A DNA stretch of 64,000 bases from Candidatus Zhuqueibacterota bacterium (GCA_049322915.1 JBMOPW010000020.1:64001-128000), one strand, 5' to 3'. Positions 1 to 10,036 are shown, numbered from the stretch's first letter. Notes: a model not told the origin generated them from the sequence alone. Program-made: numbers and translations.

Positions 1-1
1 T

Positions 2-358
2 ACTGTGGATACCTATCCGGATACTGATTTTGAAGGCATGATTACGGCAATCTATCCCAAAGCAGTGATTCAGGATAATGTGGTGAATTATGTGGTCACA
101 TTAAAAATTACCAACTTCAAAGAAAAAATACTTCGTCCGGAAATGACCGCCAATGTGAGCATTTACCTTGAAGCACGAAAAGGCGTTTTAACCATTCCCT
201 TAAGCGCCATTAAAAGAGAGCGCGGCGAACGATTCGTAACGGTGCTGGAAGGCGATAAGCAGGCGCCGCGCAAAGTCAAAACCGGCTGGACCAGCAATGG
301 TTTGATTGAAATCATCAGCGGTTTAAATGAAGGCGAAAAAATAATAATTACTGACTGA
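2..358 (+). CDS. Efflux periplasmic adaptor (MacA-like MFP), 5'-partial
   Basis: C-terminal MFP motifs (DNVVNYVVT, LRPEMTANV, IPLSAI, VEIISGL-like IEIISGLNEGE); frame is open from the window start; lies upstream of a MacB-type ATPase. Confidence 0.85.
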   Translation, partial: TVDTYPDTDFEGMITAIYPKAVIQDNVVNYVVTLKITNFKEKILRPEMTANVSIYLEARKGVLTIPLSAIKRERGERFVTVLEGDKQAPRKVKTGWTSNGLIEIISGLNEGEKIIITD

Positions 359-373
359 ACAAAGGAAACAAAG

Positions 374-1126
374 ATGAACAACATAATAATTCAAGCAAAA
401 AGTCTTTCCAAGATTTACGGCAAGCAAGGCAACGCGGAAGTAGTGGCGCTCGATAATGTCTCTCTCGAAATTCGACAGGGAGAATTTGTCTCGATCATGG
501 GGGCTTCGGGTTCCGGCAAATCAACGTTAATGAACATTCTCGGCTGCCTGGATAAACCGAGCAGTGGTTCCCTGGTTCTGGACAGCACTGAAATAAATAA
601 GCTGGATGATGAACAATTAGCAAAAATCCGCAACCAAAAAATCGGATTTGTCTTTCAGTCGTTCAACTTGCTGGCGCGAACAAGCGCGCTGGAAAATGTC
701 GAGCTGCCACTCATTTATTCCAACAAAGAAAATATCACCAGGCTTGCAAAAGACGCGCTGGTCTCGGTTGGATTGGAGGACCGAATGCATCATCATCCAA
801 GCGAGCTTTCCGGCGGACAGCAGCAGCGGGTTGCCATTGCCCGCGCCCTGGTTAACAATCCGGAGATTATCTTTGCTGATGAACCAACCGGCAATCTGGA
901 TACCCGCTCCAGTCTGGAGATAATTTCGCTCTTTGCGGAATTGAACAGATCCGGTAGAACTATCGTCCTGGTTACGCATGAGCCGGATATCGCCGCCCAC
1001 ACCAGACGCATCATCAAGATTGCCGATGGCAAAATCGTATCCGATGAAGCGAATCAAAATCCATTAAATGCTAAAAATGAACTTGAAAAAATACCTGCAG
1101 CGGAGGTTGCCAATGAAGACAACTAG
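374..1126 (+). CDS. ABC transporter ATP-binding protein, MacB/LolD family
   Basis: Walker A GASGSGKST, signature LSGGQQQR, Walker B IIFADEPTGNLD. Confidence 0.95.
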   Translation: MNNIIIQAKSLSKIYGKQGNAEVVALDNVSLEIRQGEFVSIMGASGSGKSTLMNILGCLDKPSSGSLVLDSTEINKLDDEQLAKIRNQKIGFVFQSFNLLARTSALENVELPLIYSNKENITRLAKDALVSVGLEDRMHHHPSELSGGQQQRVAIARALVNNPEIIFADEPTGNLDTRSSLEIISLFAELNRSGRTIVLVTHEPDIAAHTRRIIKIADGKIVSDEANQNPLNAKNELEKIPAAEVANEDN

Positions 1127-2327
1127 ATTATTAAAAATCGCTTATACTGGTCTTGGAAGAAATAAGCTCCGGACATTCCTGATGATGATAGGGATCGTAA
1201 TTGGCATTACGGCGCTCACATTAATTATCTCGGTGGGAATCGGCGCGCAGGATCGGGTGATGGACCGGGTGAAAAAATTCGGGCTGGAGAGCATTATGGT
1301 ATTTGCCGGCGGCGGCAGAGAAATGGGTCAGCCGAGCGGCGGACAGATTACCACATTAACCCTGCAGGATGCTGAAGCGATCAAGCGCGAGGTGAGCGCA
1401 ATCGACGAGGTGGCGCCGTTTAACCGTAAAGGCAATGCGGAAATTAAATATCTGGATAATTCAACCACCGCGACGGTTTTCGGTATTACCCCGACCTGGG
1501 CATCCGTCTGGGACTGGGACGCTGAAACAGGTGATTTTATTTCGGAAGAAGATATGGCTAATTTTAATCGGGTTTGTCTGTTGGGCCCCACAGTGAAGAA
1601 GGTACTGTTTGGAGATGAAAATCCAATTGGGCAGCAAATCCGCATCGGTACTATTCAGTTCGAGGTGAAAGGCGTAATGCAGCCCAAGGGAACCAGTCCC
1701 GGCGGCGGTGACATGGATAACCGGGTGAATATTCCACTGACTACGTTTATGCGCCGTGTGGCCAATGTGGATTATATTGCCGGGATTAAAATTCTGTTGA
1801 CTTCCGCCAGCGAGATGGAACAAGCAGCCGAAAATATCCGGGCGATTCTTCGGGAACGGCACAGCATTGCAGCAGGTATGCCGGATGATTTTTCAATTAC
1901 AACGCCCACTGAAGTGACTCAATTTGCAGAGAAGGTTGCCGGGACATTCAACATTTTTCTGGCGCTCGTAGCTGGCATTTCTTTAATCGCCGGCGGAGTT
2001 GTTGTTGCTAATATCATGCTCATATCAGTGAACGAAAGAAAAAAAGAAATTGGTTTGCGTAAAGCAGTTGGAGCAAAGAGTAAAGACATCATGATGCAAT
2101 TCCTGTTTGAAGCATCTGCCGTTACGTTGATCGGGGGAGTCATCGGAATAATTCTCGGCGGAGGAGGCGCAAAAATTTTGGAGATGATAACAGGCATGCC
2201 GGTATCCATCTCCTGGGAAAGCGTTACCCTCGGTGTCGTTTCTTCAAGTTTGATTGGAATTATCGCGGGACTGCAACCGGCAAAACGCGCCTCCAAACTG
2301 CAACCAGTTGAAGCCCTGCGATCATAG
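1113..2327 (+). CDS. MacB-type ABC permease
   Basis: RTFLMMIGIVIG N-terminus, periplasmic MacB domain, C-terminal NIMLISVNERKKEIGLRKAVGA; GGAGG RBS before ATG 1113. Confidence 0.92.
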   Translation: MKTTRLLKIAYTGLGRNKLRTFLMMIGIVIGITALTLIISVGIGAQDRVMDRVKKFGLESIMVFAGGGREMGQPSGGQITTLTLQDAEAIKREVSAIDEVAPFNRKGNAEIKYLDNSTTATVFGITPTWASVWDWDAETGDFISEEDMANFNRVCLLGPTVKKVLFGDENPIGQQIRIGTIQFEVKGVMQPKGTSPGGGDMDNRVNIPLTTFMRRVANVDYIAGIKILLTSASEMEQAAENIRAILRERHSIAAGMPDDFSITTPTEVTQFAEKVAGTFNIFLALVAGISLIAGGVVVANIMLISVNERKKEIGLRKAVGAKSKDIMMQFLFEASAVTLIGGVIGIILGGGGAKILEMITGMPVSISWESVTLGVVSSSLIGIIAGLQPAKRASKLQPVEALRS

Positions 2328-2405
2328 GGTGTATCCTTTGCTTTTACAGATTGAGGAAAAGAATAATTTATCGGCATTTGAAAAAACGAAGATTAAGCTT
2401 ACACC

Positions 2406-3629
2406 ATGAAAATTGCACGAAGTATTAAAATATCGAGGAAGCAGCTCTTAGCGCATAAATTGCGAACGATCCTTGCGCTTGTTGGAATTATAATAGGCGT
2501 ATCCGCGGTAATCATTATGGTGGCTATTGGCAATGGCGCGCAGAATGAAGTGCTGAGTAAAATTGAAGCGATGGGCGCCGACCTTTTAATCATAAATGCG
2601 GGTCAGGTTCAAAAAACTGCCGGCAGAATGCAGGTGCAGGGAGTGGTTACAACGCTTACACTTCAGGATGTCACGGCGCTTCAGAAGGAATGTTCGCTCG
2701 TTGAACGAGCCGCACCGGTACAGAGTAAAAAAATGCAGGTTAAATATGGCAACTTGAGTACAAATACAACGATTGTTGGAACCACGAGCGACTTCCAAGC
2801 GATTAGAAATTTTCGCGCTGCTACAGGGTGGTTCTTTAGCGACGAAGAAAATTCCGCATCAAGACGAGTGGCTGTATTAGGACGATCCGTCGTCAATAAT
2901 GTATTTGGAAGCGAAGACCCGATCGGAGAAACGATACGCATTGGAAAAATTCCATTCGAAGTGATTGGTGTAATGGAAGCTAAGGGAGTTGACCTGAACG
3001 GATTTGACCAGGATGATCAAATTTTTATTCCGATACGTACAGCCCTGAGAAGAGTATTCAATCTGAGCTACATCAATTCCATAAACATCCAGGCTGTCAG
3101 TCTGGAAAAAATGAAGGAGACCGAAAAACAGGTCATCGAAGTTTTAAGAGACCGGCATCGCTTGAATAAACAAAATAAAGCCGACGATTTTACAGTACAA
3201 AATCAAACTGACCTTTTAGAAACACAGCGCGAAACAACCGACACGTTTACAATGCTGATTACAAGCATTGCCGCCATCTCTTTACTGGTAGGCGGCATCG
3301 GCATTCTGGCGATCATGCTTATCGCGATTCGTGAAAGAACAAATGAGATCGGCTTGCGGATGGCTGTGGGTGCAAGCCGCAAAGATATCCTGATTCAGTT
3401 TGTCATTGAATCGGCTATTCTTAGCATTGGCGGAGGAGTAATCGGGATATTCATTGGTGTGGTTGTCTCGTTTATAATCTCCTTTGGAACTGAATGGGCA
3501 GCAAGCGTTTCTTTGGCATCGATAGTTTATTCATTCGGTTTCTCGATGCTCGTCGGATTATTCTTCGGAGTATATCCGGCGCGGAAAGCTTCCTTGCTCG
3601 ACCCTATCCATGCGTTGCGGAGTGAATAG
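2406..3629 (+). CDS. MacB-type ABC permease (second paralogue)
   Basis: Same architecture; IRERTNEIGLRMAVGA and GVYPARKASLLDPIHALRSE. Confidence 0.92.
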   Translation: MKIARSIKISRKQLLAHKLRTILALVGIIIGVSAVIIMVAIGNGAQNEVLSKIEAMGADLLIINAGQVQKTAGRMQVQGVVTTLTLQDVTALQKECSLVERAAPVQSKKMQVKYGNLSTNTTIVGTTSDFQAIRNFRAATGWFFSDEENSASRRVAVLGRSVVNNVFGSEDPIGETIRIGKIPFEVIGVMEAKGVDLNGFDQDDQIFIPIRTALRRVFNLSYINSINIQAVSLEKMKETEKQVIEVLRDRHRLNKQNKADDFTVQNQTDLLETQRETTDTFTMLITSIAAISLLVGGIGILAIMLIAIRERTNEIGLRMAVGASRKDILIQFVIESAILSIGGGVIGIFIGVVVSFIISFGTEWAASVSLASIVYSFGFSMLVGLFFGVYPARKASLLDPIHALRSE

Positions 3630-3727
3630 TAGAAATGGGAAGCAATCCTATGTGGATTGTTTTGTGTATTGAAAATGAGTGAATAGAATGGGGCTTGAAA
3701 TTGCCAGGCGCTGAAGGGAAAAAAACA

Positions 3728-4552
3728 ATGAAACCAGAAGAGATCAGGAGGAGCGTTCGGGAAAAATACGGCGAGATTGTTACCCACAAGGGAACATCCT
3801 GTCAGCCAACAGGGTCATGCTGTTGCGGCAGTGACGTTGCCGACGAGATCAGCAAAAGCTTTGGCTACTCAGAGGACGATTTGGCGGCGGTTCCCACTGG
3901 TTCCAATTTAGGACTCGGCTGCGGCAATCCCATTGCCCTTGCTTCACTGAGACCAGGCGAGATTGTGCTCGATCTCGGTTCCGGCGCCGGCCTGGACAGT
4001 TTTTTAGCGGCCGAAAAAGTCGGTGCGACCGGCAAAGTCATCGGTGTGGACATGACGCCGGAGATGCTGGAAAACGCGCGGCGAAATGCTGAAACAGGGA
4101 ACTACACCAATGTGGAGTTTCGATTGGGGGAAATCGAACACTTGCCGGTAGCGGATAATTCAGTGGATGTCATCATTTCCAATTGTGTCATCAATCTTTC
4201 GCCGGACAAGGACAGCGTTTTCAATGAGGCGTTTCGCGTGCTGAAACAGGGCGGGCGTCTGTTGATATCGGATATCGTTCTTTTGGGTGAGTTGCCGGAA
4301 TTCATCAAAAATTCCATCGAAGCCTATGTGGGGTGTCTCTCCGGCGCGCTTTTGAAGGAAACATATTTGAAGAAAATTGAAACTGCCGGCTTCGGAGAGG
4401 TAACCGTACTTGAGGATGCTTCATTTCCAGTTGATTTGATGTTGAATGATCCGATCGCACAGATTGTGAATCAAATTCCTGAATTGACCGCTGAAATTGG
4501 ACGTGAAGTCGAAGGGCTGGTACTCAGCATAAGGATTTCAGCGACAAAATAG
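3728..4552 (+). CDS. arsM: Arsenite S-adenosylmethionine methyltransferase
   Basis: VREKYGEI, CCC, NLGLGCGNP, VLDLGSGAG, IISNCVINLSPDK and YVGCLSGA motifs. Confidence 0.92.
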   Translation: MKPEEIRRSVREKYGEIVTHKGTSCQPTGSCCCGSDVADEISKSFGYSEDDLAAVPTGSNLGLGCGNPIALASLRPGEIVLDLGSGAGLDSFLAAEKVGATGKVIGVDMTPEMLENARRNAETGNYTNVEFRLGEIEHLPVADNSVDVIISNCVINLSPDKDSVFNEAFRVLKQGGRLLISDIVLLGELPEFIKNSIEAYVGCLSGALLKETYLKKIETAGFGEVTVLEDASFPVDLMLNDPIAQIVNQIPELTAEIGREVEGLVLSIRISATK

Positions 4553-4566
4553 AATCGGAGTGAACA

Positions 4567-5073
4567 ATGCCCGAAGATATTGCTAAACTTATTGTTGGCA
4601 ATGTGCACATTGGCATTGCCGGCCTGAATAAAATCATCGAAGAAGTGAAAGCCATGCGCCTTTCCGACGAAGCCAAACTACAGTCCCTTTTGTTGGAAAA
4701 AGTGAAAGTCCACAATTACGTGCCGCCATCCAAAGAAAACGAATACGCCGCCGCTCTGCTCAAATTCTACCAAAAGTCGATTGGAATTCAGGTCGAAACA
4801 GCAGGCGCTGATGGATGCGTATTTTACATCCTCGGCCCGGGCTGCCCTGCCTGCGACCAATTAGAACGCGATACAAAATCCATTCTCGCCGAACTGAACG
4901 TGGCCGCACAGGTGGAACACATCCGGGACGTCAATGAAATCGCCAGTTTCGGTTTCATCCGAACGCCGGCGCTGGTTTTGAATGAAAAAGTCATCCTGTC
5001 GGGACGGACCATTCCTATAAACCAACTGAAAAAAATATTTTCTGAAGAACTCAACAAGGAGCATAAATCATGA
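4567..5073 (+). CDS. Thioredoxin-like protein with N-terminal extension
   Basis: C-terminal ILGPGCPAC...TPALVLN thioredoxin_3 fold. Confidence 0.8.
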   Translation: MPEDIAKLIVGNVHIGIAGLNKIIEEVKAMRLSDEAKLQSLLLEKVKVHNYVPPSKENEYAAALLKFYQKSIGIQVETAGADGCVFYILGPGCPACDQLERDTKSILAELNVAAQVEHIRDVNEIASFGFIRTPALVLNEKVILSGRTIPINQLKKIFSEELNKEHKS

Positions 5074-5309
5074 ACATCAAAATTTTAGGATCGGGCTGCG
5101 CCAATTGTGAAAAACTGGAAGCACTGGCAAAACAGGCTGCTGAAGATTTGAACGTGGACGCCACATTTCTGAAAGTAAAAAAAATCGACGACATTCTGGA
5201 CTACGGAATCGCCCGCACGCCTGGCCTGGTGATCGATGAAGTAGTGAAATCATCGGGCAGAATTCCTTCGCTGGATGAAATAAAAAAGTGGATTCAGGAA
5301 GCTAAGTAA
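5070..5309 (+). CDS. Small redox-active disulfide protein (MTH895/thioredoxin_3 family)
   Basis: IKILGSGCANC...TPGLVIDE..SSGRIP. Confidence 0.9.
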   Translation: MNIKILGSGCANCEKLEALAKQAAEDLNVDATFLKVKKIDDILDYGIARTPGLVIDEVVKSSGRIPSLDEIKKWIQEAK

Positions 5310-5377
5310 ACAACCACAAAAAAATAATTACCAATACTTAATTCTTTTAGCTATTGAATTAAAATGACCGTTGAATA

Positions 5378-5447
5378 CGCCAAAGGACGCATCTGCCTTT
5401 GGCATGATCCGTGTGAATCAGTGTCATCCGCGTCATCCGCGTGCCAT
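5378..5447. repeat. Short hairpin followed by a 9-bp-period ATCCGCGTC repeat
   Basis: GCCAAAGG..CCTTTGGC stem, then ATCAGTGTC ATCCGCGTC ATCCGCGTG; the reverse complement recurs at ~23990-24025. Confidence 0.6.
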
Positions 5448-5500
5448 GAATTAACTCAAGTTTGCCACTAACTCAATTATCGAAAAAAAGTAAGTTACGC

Positions 5501-6375
5501 ATAAAAGACCGAACCAAACTAATGGTCAATATAACAACTTTTTTGGCCGCCTATTTCATTCCATTCGAAAAAGTGTACGTGCAAAAAGCGCTGCTGGAAT
5601 CGTTTCTGATGCTGCAGGAATATCCCCGCGAGCATGTGCTCTTCTGTCTCGTGCCGGCGTTCTTCATCGCCGGCGCCATTTCCGTTTTGTGAATCAGGCG
5701 GCTGTGATGAAGTATTTCGGCGCAAAGGTGAACAGAGTTTTATCCTGCACAGATGCATCGGTATCAGGGACAATTCTCGCGGTCTGTTCCTGCATCGTCC
5801 TCCCTCTATTTGCCGGCATTTACAAACGCGGCGCCGGCATTGGTCAGGCAACCGCCTTTCTCTATTCAGGCCCGACCAACGATATGCTGGCAATTATTCT
5901 CATTGCCAGTGTTTTGGGGCCGAAAATGGGAATCGCACGAGCTGTCGGCGCTATTTTATTTTCGGTGATCATTGGCCTGGCAATGACCTTCATCTTCCGC
6001 AGGCAAGAAAAAGAGCGCAACGAAAAAGCCATCAATTTCACGCTGGGCGCTGAAGAAATGACGCGCCCTGTGGAAAAACAGTCTCTATTTTCTCTCGCTG
6101 GTTTTCATCCTGATTTTTGCTGACTGGGGCAAGCCGGCGAGCCATTGGGATTCTGGAACGCCGTATTCCAAATCAAATGGCCGATAACGTTGACGCTACT
6201 GGTTTTGCTGGGACTGCAACTGTGGCGCTGGTTCAAAAAAGACGAGCATTCCCAGTGGCTGAACCAGACATGGTTTTATGACTGGCAAATTCTGCTGCTA
6301 TTGTTTGGCGGCGTGCTGTTCGCTGGCTTTTTAAAGGGTCGCCCCAGTACCGATTCAGACCAGACGAAGCGATGA
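5501..6375 (+). pseudogene. ArsP-like (DUF318) permease pseudogene
   Basis: REHVLFCLVPAFFIAGAI, AVCSC.VLPLFAGIYKRGAG and AFLYSGP motifs split across frames; ATA at the expected start; frameshifts at ~5688, ~6090 and ~6140; truncated after GRP. Confidence 0.85.
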
Positions 6376-6392
6376 ATAAAGTACTTCTGCCC

Positions 6393-6462
6393 TCTCGCAT
6401 CTATCTTTTAGCGTCTCGCATCTTGCTTCTAGCGTCTAGCTTATAGCGTCTGGCATCTCGCT
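6393..6462. repeat. Degenerate 7-bp tandem repeat (10 units, TCTMGCN)
   Basis: tctcgca tctatct tttagcg tctcgca tcttgct tctagcg tctagct tatagcg tctggca tctcgct. Confidence 0.8.
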
Positions 6463-6568
6463 TTTATCCATCCAAAGAAGACCTGACAATACGGTCATGA
6501 AGAGACAGAAAAGCAACTAATGGGGAAAGGATAAGATTGGCCTCACTGAGGGATTTTGATGCATCGAT

Positions 6569-6955
6569 TTAAACGATTTTATTTTCCAGATTTAATATTC
6601 GTGTTTCGTGGTTATCGATTGTCTTTTCATGGCGTGTGCGTGCATGATCCACTGCTGTTTTTTCAGTCTTTCCATTTTGAAGCCCTTTGGCAATACCATC
6701 GATGGCCGTCATCATAATATCAAACTTGTTGTCGAGAGAATCCAGACGGTCATCTACCCGCTGAAATCCATTATTCATTTCAACTTTGAGTTCAGCAATG
6801 TCGTTGCTATTTTTAAGCACCTGGCGGGCGACAACTTCCAGGGCTTCTTTTGTCGCATATTTGCTCAATTCATTTCTAAAATCTTGTTTAAGCTCCTGTT
6901 TAAGATTTTCAAGATCCTTTTTTGTTGCGACATCGTTCTCGGAATGGACAGCCAT
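6569..6955 (-). CDS. Hypothetical coiled-coil protein (tandem copy 2)
   Basis: Heptad pattern, ATKKDL/ATKEAL motifs, GGAGA RBS; near-identical to 7018-7425. Confidence 0.8.
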   Translation of the reverse strand: MAVHSENDVATKKDLENLKQELKQDFRNELSKYATKEALEVVARQVLKNSNDIAELKVEMNNGFQRVDDRLDSLDNKFDIMMTAIDGIAKGLQNGKTEKTAVDHARTRHEKTIDNHETRILNLENKIV

Positions 6956-7017
6956 TTTTTTCTCCCGGATTCTAACTTTAAGGTTAATAAAAAATTATCC
7001 TGCCAAACCAAAGTTCG

Positions 7018-7425
7018 TCAGGCTGTTTTCGTCTCCAGGTTTAATATTCGTGTTTCGTGGTTATCGATTGTCTTTTCATGGCGTGTGAGTGCATGATCCA
7101 CTGCTGATTTTTCAGTCTTTCCATTTTGAAGCCCTTTGGCAATACCATCGATGGCCGTCATCATAATATCAAACTTGTTATCGAGAGAATCCAGCCGAAT
7201 TTCCACGTTATCAAGACGCTGATCTACCCGCTGAAACCCATTTTTCATTTCCACTTTGAGTTCAGCAATATCATTGCTGTTTTTAAGCACCTGACGGGCG
7301 ACAACTTCCAGGGCTTCTTTTGTCGCATATTTGCTCAATTCATTTCTAAAATCTTGTTTAAGCTCCTGTTTAAGATTTTCAAGATCCTTTTTTGTTGCGA
7401 CATCGTTCTCGGAATGTACAGCCAT
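7018..7425 (-). CDS. Hypothetical coiled-coil protein (tandem copy 1)
   Basis: As copy 2, plus one extra heptad. Confidence 0.8.
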   Translation of the reverse strand: MAVHSENDVATKKDLENLKQELKQDFRNELSKYATKEALEVVARQVLKNSNDIAELKVEMKNGFQRVDQRLDNVEIRLDSLDNKFDIMMTAIDGIAKGLQNGKTEKSAVDHALTRHEKTIDNHETRILNLETKTA

Positions 7426-7462
7426 TTTTTTCTCCCGGATTTTTTATGTTGGACTTGTAATA

Positions 7463-7491
7463 AACATAAAGCAATCTTGTTAAAAAGTCAA
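7463..7491 (-). promoter_or_regulatory. Sigma70-type promoter for the coiled-coil pair
   Basis: TTGACT-17 bp-TATGTT on the minus strand. Confidence 0.55.
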
Positions 7492-7509
7492 CACATATTT
7501 TTATAAAAT

Positions 7510-7786
7510 TCAAAGCATCAACCTGCCGCTCCCCGCCTCGCTCGCCTGCGCCAGCTCGCACCGCATCTGATTCTCGAATCCCATTTGGGCGGCATATCGT
7601 TCTTTTGCGGCATTCACCGGATCGTCGATCATGTAAACGGCTTTTATTTCGAACAAAGTCCAGTTGACCGAGTTGTCCGGTACCAGGAAGTCGGGGAACT
7701 ATTTGTGAAAATTATGACTGGTTGGATCAATATAGTTGACGAAGAAATCTGACTGTCTGCAGGTGAATAATGGTAAGATAGAGCTT
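7510..7786 (-). pseudogene. Orphan PD-(D/E)xK nuclease C-terminal fragment (copy A)
   Basis: Manual translation QSDFFVNYIDPTSHNFHK*FPDFLVPDNSVNWTLFEIKAVYMIDDPVNAAKERYAAQM; internal TAG and a frameshift. Confidence 0.75.
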
Positions 7787-7789
7787 CGG

Positions 7790-8020
7790 TTACAATAATT
7801 CTTTAAATTCTTCCAGTGTCACTCCTATATCACTTATAATCCCCTTCAATGTTTTTGGTTTAATATCCTTTCCTGAATGAATGGGTATAACCACTCTAAA
7901 TTTTTTTTCTGGATGAATATAAACGGCATGGCTGCCAGATTGCCGATCAAATTTAAAACCAAGCTGCTTTACAACTTTAATAACATCCCTCGAATTCAAA
8001 ATAGGCAAGCCTGGGCTCAT
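7790..8020 (-). CDS. hicA: HicA family mRNA interferase toxin
   Basis: LGF..DRQSGSH, VVIPIH, KTLKGII motifs; 76 aa. Confidence 0.92.
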   Translation of the reverse strand: MSPGLPILNSRDVIKVVKQLGFKFDRQSGSHAVYIHPEKKFRVVIPIHSGKDIKPKTLKGIISDIGVTLEEFKELL

Positions 8021-8241
8021 ATAGCAATCCTTAGCGACTTGATCAGAATGTCTTCTTCAGGTACGTTTTCATTGTGGGCGATCATACTTTCCAGGTATAA
8101 TTTGATCGCATCCTGAATGTTATTGAGAGCTTCATCATAGGTATCCCCTTGTGAGTGACATCCCTTCAGCGCAGGGCAAAATACGTGATACCCTCCGTCA
8201 TCCTCTCGTTCAAAGATGATTGTATAATTGAACATTTTCAT
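8017..8241 (-). CDS. hicB: HicB family antitoxin (short form)
   Basis: EDDGGYHVFCPALKGCHSQGDTYDEALNNIQDAI; overlaps the hicA start. Confidence 0.92.
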   Translation of the reverse strand: MKMFNYTIIFEREDDGGYHVFCPALKGCHSQGDTYDEALNNIQDAIKLYLESMIAHNENVPEEDILIKSLRIAI

Positions 8242-8454
8242 TTTCAGGCTCCCAGGTTAAACAGCAATAAATTGATTACCTGTCATCGCAGTGCTTTGAG
8301 TTGCCAGATTTTTGCCTTCTAAATTAACGAATGAAAAGTAGAAAATCAAGTGCTTTTTGCAATCTTCATTCCGGGATCGGTGTCCTCTGGACGCTCTAAA
8401 TCATCATGTCACAGAAGAATTGAATATGAATTAACTCCACATCTCCAATTAATT

Positions 8455-8775
8455 TCACCTCAAAATCCGCCCCATCCCCTCCTCGCTCGCCTTCACCATC
8501 ACGCATCGCATCTGGTTCTCAAAGCCCATTTGCGTGGCATATCGTTCTTTGGCAGCATTCACTGGATCGTCGATCATGCAATCTGCTTTGATCTCGAACA
8601 AAGTCCAATTGCCCGAGTTGTCCTGAACCAGGAAATCGGGCTAATATTTACGCACGGTATGGCTGACCGGATCGATTTAACTGATGAAAAACTCCGATTC
8701 GCCGTGGGTGAACATGCCTGTGAAGTATAGTTTATTCACATTTCCTCGTTTTAATAGATCGAGAAAGAATTTCTT
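8455..8775 (-). pseudogene. Orphan PD-(D/E)xK nuclease C-terminal fragment (copy B)
   Basis: Manual translation KLYFTGMFTHGESEFFIS*IDPVSHTVRKY*PDFLVQDNSGNWTLFEIKADCMIDDPVNAAKERYATQM; two in-frame stops. Confidence 0.78.
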
Positions 8776-8794
8776 TTATTGATTTTATTTCTTG

Positions 8795-10030
8795 TCAAAC
8801 CTGATACTCAAACTGCTGAACCAATGTATTAAAGCTCATATTGATCTGGACTGCATCGTGGGGCAGTAACACATATTTCCAGGGTTTTCCATGATGCTTT
8901 TGGGTGAAGTTCGTCGCATGGGTACAATAAAGTACGGCAGCCAATGACTTTTCCTGGACTTCTCTGCTTTCTATGTCCTTTTCTTTTTTAGTTTCGATGA
9001 GATAAAGTGAATCATTTGTCTCCGCAACAAAATCCGGGCAATAGCGTTGCGAATTATGATTGTAATAGATATTGAATTGATTCACTGCCGGACGAAGCCA
9101 CTTGAGTACGTTGGCATTTTGCTCCAAAATGATGGCAAAATCTTTCTCGGTTTTCGAATCGAATTTGTACAAGTCATGACACGCCTTTTTAAAACCACTG
9201 AACACTTTGCTCGGAATGGTATTTGCCGGCGTGATTGTCTCCCGAAAATCATAAATTTTATCAACAGTATATTTTGATAAATTATGCGTTTCGATTCGAG
9301 TGAAGGGCCGAACAATCGGCTCCTGAAAATCTGGCGTCTTGTAATAAAAATGTTCCATGAGCTGCACGTGAATGTATTTGCCAATATCCCGTTTATGATA
9401 CAAAATGACGTTGGCGATTTTATCTTCTTCCAGATAGCCGCGGAATTTTTCTACTGCCTGGTGCGCCAGCTTAAAAAGCAATTCAGCGTGCGCATCATAA
9501 TCAATTTCAGCATGGTTCATCAGTTCGGAAACGATTATATTTTCAAGACTGCTGTAACGGATTCGCCGGTCTGAGGACTCGACATACTCAATTTCTCCAT
9601 TACGCAACGTTTGTATGATAATTTCCTCTGATCCGGGTTGGTAGTTCAAATTCTGCACATCCAGATCAAAATCGTAAAAACCGGAATCAACCTGCTCGGA
9701 CTGCATAATGGTGATGCGCGGGATTTCGATGATGTGCCGCGCGAATTCTTTCGCTATCTCGTCGTAGCTCTGCTCTACCTGTTTGGCAACTTCACCGGAA
9801 AACATATCCCGTTGCACTTGAATTTCGAATTTTGCCTGGATGCGCTTTACGGCAATAGCTTTGATTTCCGTTTTGGTTAGCTCAGCCACGGAATTAACAT
9901 CGCGGTTAAGTTCGGGCAGGGTTTCAAAAATTATTTTTTTTATCGCAAGCTGTTCCTGCGCGTTCTGCTTTTCACGGACATCTTTGATTTGCTCGATCTT
10001 CTTCTGCTCCTGTTCAAACACGCTCACATA
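8795..10030 (-). pseudogene. Type III restriction endonuclease Res subunit, C-terminal half (5'-truncated)
   Basis: IEIPRI, FSGFKKACH.LYKFDSKTEKDFA and YCPDFVAET..YLIETK nuclease motifs; no helicase motifs; 5' end runs into a repeat. Confidence 0.8.
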
Positions 10031-10036
10031 TTTAAA

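Noticed and set aside
8350..8730. 126-aa plus-strand ORF
   Set aside because: Antisense shadow of the pseudogenised nuclease fragment
7510..8775. Stop-codon recoding in the nuclease fragments
   Set aside because: The stops are mixed (TAA and TAG), fall at different codons in the two copies and accompany a frameshift; other genes use TAG and TAA as normal stops
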